DNA from: an uncultured Gammaproteobacteria bacterium
Lineage (GTDB): Bacteria; Patescibacteriota; Microgenomatia; Levybacterales; UBA12049
Direction: 5' to 3'
DNA length: 64,000 nt
Assembly: GCA_965230895.1 (NCBI GenBank)
Contig: OZ246394.1
Span: forward strand, 1,057,887 to 1,121,886
The position numbers and the translations under genes are program-made. The notes under the pieces were generated by a model that did no database searches, was not told the DNA's origin, and saw only the letters and a program-made list of their open reading frames with translations. This document shows, piece after piece, positions 10,337-18,151 of this stretch (the stretch's first letter is position 1; each line of letters begins with the position of its first letter).

Positions 10337-10360
10337 AAAAAAACCCCTCATGTGAGGGGT
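10337..10360 (-). terminator. Intrinsic terminator of a candidate attenuator
   Basis: Minus strand ACCCCTC-ACAT-GAGGGGT, a perfect 7-bp stem ending in a run of 7 T. Confidence 0.85.
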
Positions 10361-10388
10361 GTCTAAATGTAACAACATAAAGATTCCC

Positions 10389-10439
10389 TCAAAGGAGAGG
10401 CTTCTTTGTTGTCTTAGCAATAATTGTTGCGAATTTCAT
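10389..10439 (-). CDS. Putative 16-aa leader peptide MKFATIIAKTTKKPLL
   Basis: ATG..TGA mini-ORF 11 nt after a TGnTACAAT promoter (10451-10459); overlaps alternative hairpins upstream of the terminator. Confidence 0.6.
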   Translation of the reverse strand: MKFATIIAKTTKKPLL

Positions 10440-10462
10440 ACTGTAGAGTTATTGTATCAAAA

Positions 10463-11428
10463 CTATTTTACAATCTCAACTTCAACTTCTGGCTCAAAAC
10501 CAAAAGTTTTTTTGCATGTATCTTTTATGTGCTGAATCACATTGAGAACATCTGATGATTTAGCACCTCCCAAATTTATAATAAATAATGCGTGCTTTTC
10601 TGAAACTTGAGCATTACCAACCTGATATCCTTTAAGGCCAAGTTTTTCAATGAGGCTTGCCATAGCAACCTTTCCATACCATTTTTTCTCAACATTATCT
10701 TTAAACTCTGGAAAAACTTCTAATACTTTTTTTATTTCTTCAGGATTTCTTAAGTTCTTAAATACTGAACCACAGTTTGGATATTCAAGAGGATGACGAT
10801 CCCGACGACTTTGTTTATTCTTCTCACAAATTAGTTTTGCTTCATTGAGTTCTTCTTCTTCAACACTTTTTAAAACAAATGTCGCGCTTATAACAATCAT
10901 TTGTTTTTGAGATTTAACTAGACTTCCTCTGTATACGAATTGCAATTCATCATTTGTTAACGTTCTTAACTCTGGTTTTCCACCTGAATAATCGATAACT
11001 TCTGCTCGCACTAAACTATCTTTAATTTCACCCCCATATGCTCCAACATTCCCTCGAACTGCTGCACCAACTGTACCTGGTAATCCACCAGCCCATTCAA
11101 GTCCAACAAGATAATTATCGAATGCATAATCAATAACATCCCCAAGGATAATACCTGCAAAAGCAGTGACTTCATTCCCTGCGACTCGCAAAGTACTTTC
11201 CCCAGGGTTAGCGCTTATTTGGATAACAGCTCCATCAAAGTATTCATCCGAAAAAATAAGATTTGTCCCTTGTCCGCAGATAAATAATCGCTTTATATTT
11301 TTTTCTCTAATAAAATGTAGCGCCTCTTCAATATCTTGACGGGACGTACATTCGAGGAAATATCTTGCTTTGCCTCCAATCTTATACCAGAGTACATTTG
11401 CTAAAAGAAAGTCTTCATGAATTTGCAT
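10463..11428 (-). CDS. murB: UDP-N-acetylmuramate dehydrogenase
   Basis: YKIGGKA, GQGTN, GLPGTVGAAVRGNVGAYG, GSVFKN, VSEKHALF, EVE. Confidence 0.97.
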   Translation of the reverse strand: MQIHEDFLLANVLWYKIGGKARYFLECTSRQDIEEALHFIREKNIKRLFICGQGTNLIFSDEYFDGAVIQISANPGESTLRVAGNEVTAFAGIILGDVIDYAFDNYLVGLEWAGGLPGTVGAAVRGNVGAYGGEIKDSLVRAEVIDYSGGKPELRTLTNDELQFVYRGSLVKSQKQMIVISATFVLKSVEEEELNEAKLICEKNKQSRRDRHPLEYPNCGSVFKNLRNPEEIKKVLEVFPEFKDNVEKKWYGKVAMASLIEKLGLKGYQVGNAQVSEKHALFIINLGGAKSSDVLNVIQHIKDTCKKTFGFEPEVEVEIVK

Positions 11429-11468
11429 GCTGGAGTTATTGTAAATAAAAATTGCATAAGAAGCAATC

Positions 11469-13259
11469 TTATTCGCTACCCTCTGCTACGAGATGGTCTG
11501 GAAGTCTAAATAAGCCTTCATCAAGTCGTTTTTGATCTAAGTAGTGACTGATAAAGCCCACGGAACGGGAAAGAACGAAAAGAGCGTTAAAAAACTCTGT
11601 ATCCACTAATCGTTGCAGTTCCTGATCATCGAAATTTTCTTTTTCGGAAAGTATGTCCAAGAGAATTGCTGCAATTGCTCCATCAACATTAAGGATGAGA
11701 TTCCCCTTCTTAGCAGCTGTTATTTTCTCAACAGCAAAAGCAAAAGTAGTGAATCGTTTTCGATCAAGAGTTTTAGTAAACTTTTTAATTTCAGCAACTC
11801 TTGGATCCGGGAAATCTACTCTATACTTTTTATGTCCAATTCCGGAAATATATTTTTTTCTACTCGCAAAATCTTCAACAAATGCGGATGGCTTTTCTCC
11901 AGTGATAACTCCGTTGATCCAATTACCTGCAGCTTGATTAATTGCGCCACCAAATCTTGGACCAATCGTCAATAATCCGGCTGCCAATGAAGAAACAAGA
12001 TCTCTTCCTGCACGTGCGGTTATAATTGTATTCATAGCACCTGAAACATAAGGACCATGATCAGCAAGAAGTTTCAATATAAAATCTATAAACTCCACAA
12101 GCTCTTTTGAAGTCGTTTTCTTTCCCAAAAACATTGATGCTACAACTCCAGCATAAGAATTATTTTTTGCAAATGATAATAGATCCTCTTGGAGCAATTG
12201 TGGTTGCCCTTCTTTATCAATTGAAACTGTACTTGTGATTAGAGATTTTTGTCGTAACTTTAAGGCATGTAGTTCTTCTGTAAAATTTTGACTCGATTCT
12301 TCGGCATCAGGAATTTGCTTAATAAAATTAATAAATTCTGTATAGGAGTTTGCAGTATCTGCTCCTGCCTCTCGTAAAATAGTTCTTTTACCTAAAGCCG
12401 TTTCTTCCTGTGTTTGGGCAAGTGCCTTTGCATGACCAAATTGTGGTGGAGTTTCAAACATATCGGCGATCGACCCAGCAATATAGCAAATTATTTTTTT
12501 TGTAAGTTTCTTCTCCTTGAGTAATTTAGCAATTTCATATTCATCTGTCCCACCAAGTTCACCAAAATATACAATTGCTTTAGTTTGAGGATCATTCTCA
12601 GCTGCTAAAAATGCATCTTTAGGAGTTGTCAGAGGATAGCGCTCACCGCCAAAAGAAAGGGAGAAAGAAACTTGTTTCCCTAACTGAACAATTGTATTAA
12701 TTATTTCGTTCGTCATCCCGCCTGAAGCAGAAAGAACAGCAACGGTTCCTTGATCAAAGAGTTTTGCATCTGTAAGTTGTCGAATGTCTACGCCACCAAT
12801 TGCACCAAGCTTTAAAAAGTTTGGAATAATTAAACCAATACTTGAAGGGCCAATGATAAATTGACCATTTTTAACAAATTCATTATATAAAGTCAGTGCA
12901 TGCTGTTCAGGTACACCTTCTGCAAAGACGACACCACCAGATATTTTTGGCATTTCCTGCAAAACTTCTCGAGTCGATTGAAGCACTCTTCTCCCCGAAG
13001 AAAGATTTAAAAAGAAAGTAGTTTTTTCTTTCTTTTCTTCAGGGATATGTTTCGCTGATGGATAAACCGGAATAAGAATTTCTTTTTTACCAAAAAAATA
13101 TCGTTCGTTATTTCTTCCTGAGGCGATAATTCCAACAATACTAGGTTTTGATTTTTTTGCAAGGTAGTCAAAATCAAGTATTGCTTGGATTATAGCAGGA
13201 TAACTTCCGACCGTTATAACATTCGCTTCTTGTTTTCGTAAAGATGAGATATCAATCAT
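11469..13259 (-). CDS. aclA: ATP-citrate lyase alpha subunit (CoA-binding, phospho-His and citryl-CoA lyase domains)
   Basis: AEGVPE, IIGPSSIG, SASGGM, GELGG, QFGHA (catalytic His), ADHGPYVSGA, IGPRFGGA, GIGH, LILNVDG. Confidence 0.93.
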   Translation of the reverse strand: MIDISSLRKQEANVITVGSYPAIIQAILDFDYLAKKSKPSIVGIIASGRNNERYFFGKKEILIPVYPSAKHIPEEKKEKTTFFLNLSSGRRVLQSTREVLQEMPKISGGVVFAEGVPEQHALTLYNEFVKNGQFIIGPSSIGLIIPNFLKLGAIGGVDIRQLTDAKLFDQGTVAVLSASGGMTNEIINTIVQLGKQVSFSLSFGGERYPLTTPKDAFLAAENDPQTKAIVYFGELGGTDEYEIAKLLKEKKLTKKIICYIAGSIADMFETPPQFGHAKALAQTQEETALGKRTILREAGADTANSYTEFINFIKQIPDAEESSQNFTEELHALKLRQKSLITSTVSIDKEGQPQLLQEDLLSFAKNNSYAGVVASMFLGKKTTSKELVEFIDFILKLLADHGPYVSGAMNTIITARAGRDLVSSLAAGLLTIGPRFGGAINQAAGNWINGVITGEKPSAFVEDFASRKKYISGIGHKKYRVDFPDPRVAEIKKFTKTLDRKRFTTFAFAVEKITAAKKGNLILNVDGAIAAILLDILSEKENFDDQELQRLVDTEFFNALFVLSRSVGFISHYLDQKRLDEGLFRLPDHLVAEGSE

Positions 13260-14431
13260 ATTTTTTCTAATGCTAATGTTACTATTTCTTGCAAAGGTAA
13301 TTCAGGTCCTGAAACATGTCCATATAGATTCTCTTTTTCTAAAAAGCTTTTCATTTGAGCAAGTCCCTCGGTTTGATGAGGCCCACCTCTTCGAACAAAT
13401 ACTGTAATATTTTGCTTCCTCAAATCCTGTTTTTCCTCCTCTAATGCTTTAATAATTCCAGCAAATGTCAAACGGACATCAGTAAAGTTTGCGACTCCTC
13501 CTGCGATAACTAAGACTTTCTTTTTTGCTTTAGATTTCAAAAGTAATTGGAGTAAATTTTTTGTGTATAGATACACTTCTTCTGTATTTGGATTGCCACT
13601 ATACTCTCCATAATTTGCAATTTGTTTTCCATATCCAAGATTATAAACTTCATCTGCGAGAACAATACTCGCACCACCTCCTGAAAGTAACATGAAAACA
13701 GAACCATCTGCATTAAGGACATCTAATTTAAATGATGCTTGGCTTTTTGTGGCTAATGCATCAATCGCCTCTTCTTCAACAGTCTTTTCTTGACGATTAT
13801 TTTGACGGAAGTCTTCACTGGTCCATTGATCATCTACAAAAAATTCTGCAGCGCTATCAACTTCCGCTGCAATATCCAGAAAAGCTACCGAATCCTCTAA
13901 GACAACTAACGGATTAATTTCAAAAAATGTGAAATGATATTTATGAAATAAATCATAAATTGTTTTGATAACTTGTGATGGAACTCCCAAAACATTTGAG
14001 ACAATGTCTAACTCATTTGCAGAAGTAATAATAATACTCTTCATCATATCTGCATTTTCTTCGACATCTATTCCACCTTTTACAGAATAGAGAACTTCGA
14101 TACCTTCACGAGTAAGGTTAAAAGATATATACTTTTCAGCATGTTTTTCATGCTTTACAAAAGGTTCGATAATAAAGTGGGAGTATCCTTTTTTTGTTAA
14201 TTCCGCAATTGCATGGGGAATATCTTGAGGAGTTTGATTAAGGAATACAAGCCCCTGCTTCATTCTCTTTTTAACACCTTCATCAACTTTCACGACATAC
14301 GTTTTGTCTTTTGAAAATTGCGTACTATTAATAGAACTCTGACTTTCTATAGAGACTCCTTCATAAGGAATTTCCAAGTTTTTTAAAAGAAGTTCTTTCG
14401 CTCTAAATTCACTGATCTTTCTTCGTGCCAT
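13256..14431 (-). CDS. aclB: ATP-citrate lyase beta subunit (ATP-grasp and citrate binding)
   Basis: ISEFRAK, EINPL, GGGAS, NYGEYSG, GGVANFTDV, VRRGGP; overlaps aclA. Confidence 0.93.
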   Translation of the reverse strand: MARRKISEFRAKELLLKNLEIPYEGVSIESQSSINSTQFSKDKTYVVKVDEGVKKRMKQGLVFLNQTPQDIPHAIAELTKKGYSHFIIEPFVKHEKHAEKYISFNLTREGIEVLYSVKGGIDVEENADMMKSIIITSANELDIVSNVLGVPSQVIKTIYDLFHKYHFTFFEINPLVVLEDSVAFLDIAAEVDSAAEFFVDDQWTSEDFRQNNRQEKTVEEEAIDALATKSQASFKLDVLNADGSVFMLLSGGGASIVLADEVYNLGYGKQIANYGEYSGNPNTEEVYLYTKNLLQLLLKSKAKKKVLVIAGGVANFTDVRLTFAGIIKALEEEKQDLRKQNITVFVRRGGPHQTEGLAQMKSFLEKENLYGHVSGPELPLQEIVTLALEKI

Positions 14432-14437
14432 TGAAGT

Positions 14438-15640
14438 TTATTTTAGCACACCGAGTTCTTTTCCGACTGAAACAAAAGCAGCAATTCCCTTATCGATATC
14501 TTCTTTTGAATGTGATGCCGAAGGAATAACCCGAATACGAGCAGCACCTTTTGCAACCATTGGGAAAATAATCGGAGTCGCAAATACATCCTTCTCAAAA
14601 AGCTTAGCACTAAATTCTTTTGCAACTTCTTCATCACCAAGCATTACAGGAGTAATTGGTGTTTGTGAATTTCCTGTGTTAAAGCCAGCCTTTTGCAGTT
14701 CTGCTCGTAAATACTCAGTATTATCCCAAAGCTTTTTAACAACATCATCAGATTCTTGGAGGATCTTTACTGCCTCAAGAGCTGCAGCTGTATCTGGAAT
14801 TGTTAAGGCTATTGAGAAAAGTCTTTGCCGTGCCTTTTGATTGTAGAAATCGACAAGCAATTTTTTGCCAGCAATAAATCCACCCATAACTGAAAATGCT
14901 TTTGATAAACTTCCAACTTCAATATCAACTTCACCAACAAGACCAAAATGATCGACAACACCTCGTCCGCCTTTACCCATAACTCCTTCTCCGTGCGCGT
15001 CATCCACCATTGTAAGGGCTCCATATTTCTTTGCAAGAGTTACAATTTCGGGGAGCAGAGCAAGATCACCATCCATAGAAAAGACACCATCAGTAACTAT
15101 TAATATATATGGCTTTTCTCCATTTGTTTTGGCAATTGATTGGAGCTCTGCCGCCTGTACTAATTTTGCTTCAAGATCTGACATATCAGAATGTTTGTAA
15201 ATCATTTTATTCTTAACACCAGACAAACGAACTGCATCAATGATGGAGGCATGATTGAGCTCGTCAGAGATAACAATATCTTCTTTTCCGATAATTGTTT
15301 GGATCGCTGCTGCATTCGCTGCATACGCACTTGAAAAAACCACTGCTGCTTCTGTTCCCTTAAACTTTGCAATTGCGCTTTCTAGCTCAAGATGGAGGCT
15401 ATGTGTCCCAGCAAGCGTTCGATATCCTGTACCAAGACCATATGTATCAATTGCAGCTTTCGCAGCATTTTTTAATCGGTCATCCACGGCAAATCCTAAA
15501 TAGTGACTGGAGCAGAAATTGAGTTTTTTTCGGTCTTCAATTGTGAGGTATGCGCCTTGTCCAGAAGTAATAATGCGTGGAGATTTTGCAGATTGCTGTG
15601 CTTCTTCTAATTTCTTATAAAAATCGGATTGATTGTTCAT
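14438..15640 (-). CDS. kbl: Glycine C-acetyltransferase (2-amino-3-ketobutyrate CoA ligase), PLP-dependent
   Basis: SDELNHASIID, TDGVFSMDG, DDAHG, GSLSKA; translationally coupled to tdh. Confidence 0.88.
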   Translation of the reverse strand: MNNQSDFYKKLEEAQQSAKSPRIITSGQGAYLTIEDRKKLNFCSSHYLGFAVDDRLKNAAKAAIDTYGLGTGYRTLAGTHSLHLELESAIAKFKGTEAAVVFSSAYAANAAAIQTIIGKEDIVISDELNHASIIDAVRLSGVKNKMIYKHSDMSDLEAKLVQAAELQSIAKTNGEKPYILIVTDGVFSMDGDLALLPEIVTLAKKYGALTMVDDAHGEGVMGKGGRGVVDHFGLVGEVDIEVGSLSKAFSVMGGFIAGKKLLVDFYNQKARQRLFSIALTIPDTAAALEAVKILQESDDVVKKLWDNTEYLRAELQKAGFNTGNSQTPITPVMLGDEEVAKEFSAKLFEKDVFATPIIFPMVAKGAARIRVIPSASHSKEDIDKGIAAFVSVGKELGVLK

Positions 15641-16656
15641 GGTTCAAGGATAACTTTACCGCACTCACCTGACTTCATAACGTCCATTGCTTTTTCAAAT
15701 TCAGAAAGCTTAAATTTGTGAGTTACGATCTTTCGCAGATCAACTTTTTTATCAACTAATAACTTGGTCGTATCTTCCCATGTATCCCAGATCATACGAC
15801 CAAAAACGGACCCAATTGTTATTTCTTTATTAATGAGATATTTGCCCCAATCAATATTAATTGATTCTTTCGGAATACCGAAGGCAATGATCTTTCCACC
15901 AATTCGGACAGCATCAAGTGCAATTTCAATACCAATTCTATTTCCACTCATTTCCAAAACAGCATCGAATGTCCCATACTCAGATTCATCAATTTGTTCG
16001 GTCACCCGATCAAATCCAACCTCCATTGCAAGCTTTCTTCGATATTCCCTACGATTTACACCGACAACTTCGGTTGCTCCATATGCTTTTGCCACCATGC
16101 CTGCACACAAACCTGTTGGCCCCAAACCCATAACAAGCACCTTTTTTCCTTTTACTTCAGCTTTGGAAACAACATTTACTGCATTTCCTAAAGGCTCTTG
16201 TACACTCATTGATTCAACTGGTATTGAAGGATCATTCTTCCATGTTGTGCGGAGAGGTATTGTCGCATATTCAGCAAATGCACCATCGCGACCAATTCCA
16301 AAAAGTTCCATATTCTCACAGATATGATAATTTTTAATTTCACATTGATAACAATTTTCGCAGAAGATATGCGTTTCTGAAGATACGAGGTCACCTACTT
16401 TTATATGCGTCTTTTCTTTTGTGTTGATCTTAACAACTTCTCCAACCATTTCATGTCCCATGATTTGCGGAGGTTTAATATGTGCTTCTGCCCAAGGGAT
16501 CCAATTATAAATACCTACATCAGTACCACAAATTGAAGCATATTTAACTTTTACGAGAACTTCTTCTTCTTTTGGTTCTGGGATGGAAACTTCAGCGATA
16601 GATACACCTGGAGCGGGCTTTTGTTTGAGGACAGCAAGCATTGTTTTATTACTCAT
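15637..16656 (-). CDS. tdh: L-threonine 3-dehydrogenase (Zn-dependent)
   Basis: SICGTD, GHEMVG, ETHIFCxxCxxC..C, GRDGAFAEY, EPLGNAV, LEMSG, GRMIWDTW. Confidence 0.93.
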   Translation of the reverse strand: MSNKTMLAVLKQKPAPGVSIAEVSIPEPKEEEVLVKVKYASICGTDVGIYNWIPWAEAHIKPPQIMGHEMVGEVVKINTKEKTHIKVGDLVSSETHIFCENCYQCEIKNYHICENMELFGIGRDGAFAEYATIPLRTTWKNDPSIPVESMSVQEPLGNAVNVVSKAEVKGKKVLVMGLGPTGLCAGMVAKAYGATEVVGVNRREYRRKLAMEVGFDRVTEQIDESEYGTFDAVLEMSGNRIGIEIALDAVRIGGKIIAFGIPKESINIDWGKYLINKEITIGSVFGRMIWDTWEDTTKLLVDKKVDLRKIVTHKFKLSEFEKAMDVMKSGECGKVILEP

Positions 16657-16694
16657 ATATTGAATTATATCACGTATATCAGAGGATGAAACTG

Positions 16695-17165
16695 TTAACT
16701 TATTGAAACTACCTTGTAAACCATTTTACCTGCAGGAGCATCAACTTCTATTTCGGAACCAACAGTTTTTCCGAGAAGTGCCTTTCCAAGAGGAGATTCG
16801 TGAGAAATTTTCTTTTCAGCAGGATCAGCTTCCCATTCCCCTACTACTGTGAATAAGACTTCTTTACCATTTGTTTTTACGAGGACTTTTGAACCCAGAT
16901 CAACTGCTTGTGAACTATGTGCTTTTGTGTCAGAGATAATTTCAACACTCTTCAATAACCCTTCAAGTTCTTCTAATCTTCCATCTATAAATGAGAGCTC
17001 TTCTCTTGCAGCTGTATATTCTGCATTTTCTGAAAGATCACCCATTTCTCGTGCTGCTGAGAGTCGTTCAACCACCTCAGGACGTCTTTTATCATTAAGG
17101 TCTTTATATTCCTGTTGAAGATCTTCAAAACCTTTTTGCGTAAGGTATATTTTCTTTGCGTTCAT
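16695..17165 (-). CDS. greA: Transcription elongation factor GreA
   Basis: AREMGDLSENAEY, ISHESPLGKALLG. Confidence 0.98.
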   Translation of the reverse strand: MNAKKIYLTQKGFEDLQQEYKDLNDKRRPEVVERLSAAREMGDLSENAEYTAAREELSFIDGRLEELEGLLKSVEIISDTKAHSSQAVDLGSKVLVKTNGKEVLFTVVGEWEADPAEKKISHESPLGKALLGKTVGSEIEVDAPAGKMVYKVVSIS

Positions 17166-17198
17166 AACTTTTTTCGCTCAGTAGCCTGAGTCTGAGCC

Positions 17199-17227
17199 AG
17201 TATAATTAATATTCAGGGGTTTGTCAA
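17199..17227 (-). promoter_or_regulatory. Sigma70-type promoter of greA
   Basis: TTGACA-17 nt-TATACT on minus strand, followed by a GCTCAG...CTGAGC hairpin in the 5' UTR. Confidence 0.75.
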
Positions 17228-18151
17228 TAAACCTAATTGTCGCATTTTTAGCTTTAACTGTGTAAGGGTTTCCGCCCTATAGTCCCTTGGGTGGAACGCC
17301 AATTGCGAATTTGTTACCGTTTCCCGAGTAATATGCTTTCGCATTATAAAAACTTGAAAAATTCGTGACAAAGTCTCGATAGGCAGATATGTAAGGGTTC
17401 TACCTATACTTTTTAAAAAATTTGAAGAGGCTAGAGTATTAAAAACTTTATTTTCAGATAAGGCATTAGGAAGGAATTGGGAAATCCAATTATTTTCTTT
17501 CAAAAAATTTTTATATGCATTGTTTATAGAATAAAGTGGGACTACTTGGGCAATTTCACGAGCGATATAAATATCACGTTTTTGCTCTGGCCAGGAAATC
17601 GCGGTTTCATCAATAAGCAGATTTACACATATCATATCTTTCGTTTTCCCTGAGAGACGAGACCGTCTTTTGCCTAGTAACGATAAATACATGAGAATCA
17701 AAATTCTGGTGGTAAATATTCTCCTCTGTTTCGTAATAATAAACAAATCGATATCATCATCTACTTTTACATTTTTAGCGGCTAACCCACCACTTATCCC
17801 AATAAATGTAATTGTTGGAATTGAAGAAAGGATTCGGGCTGTGGATACAGCTATCGCTGTTTTTCGCTCCACTTCAATAATATTCTCTTTTCTTGTCTTG
17901 ATGATTCCATATCTATTCTTTAAAGCAAGAAAGTTATCCTGCTCGAGAATAAAAGACTTCACATTATGTAAAGCAGCTGCAAAATCTTTTTGACTAACTC
18001 TTTTATCCGAAATCAAATACTTCCATAGCTCCTGCTTTGTCAAAGGAAATTTGAAGATATCAGCATAAATAATAGTTGTAAGAATCGCACGTTCTTCAGA
18101 GGTGAAGGTATTAGATGTAGATTTACTTCTTTTTCTTTTCTGAGATAGCAT
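17213..18151 (-). CDS. Hypothetical protein with a Pol-beta-type nucleotidyltransferase motif
   Basis: ISGGLA...DDDIDLFII (G[G/S]...DxD); probable start ATG 18151. Confidence 0.6.
   Translation of the reverse strand: MLSQKRKRSKSTSNTFTSEERAILTTIIYADIFKFPLTKQELWKYLISDKRVSQKDFAAALHNVKSFILEQDNFLALKNRYGIIKTRKENIIEVERKTAIAVSTARILSSIPTITFIGISGGLAAKNVKVDDDIDLFIITKQRRIFTTRILILMYLSLLGKRRSRLSGKTKDMICVNLLIDETAISWPEQKRDIYIAREIAQVVPLYSINNAYKNFLKENNWISQFLPNALSENKVFNTLASSNFLKSIGRTLTYLPIETLSRIFQVFIMRKHITRETVTNSQLAFHPRDYRAETLTQLKLKMRQLGLLTNP

Noticed and set aside
11469-14431. Autotrophic reverse TCA cycle inferred from aclAB
   Set aside because: No other rTCA genes in the window, and the operon context is threonine catabolism
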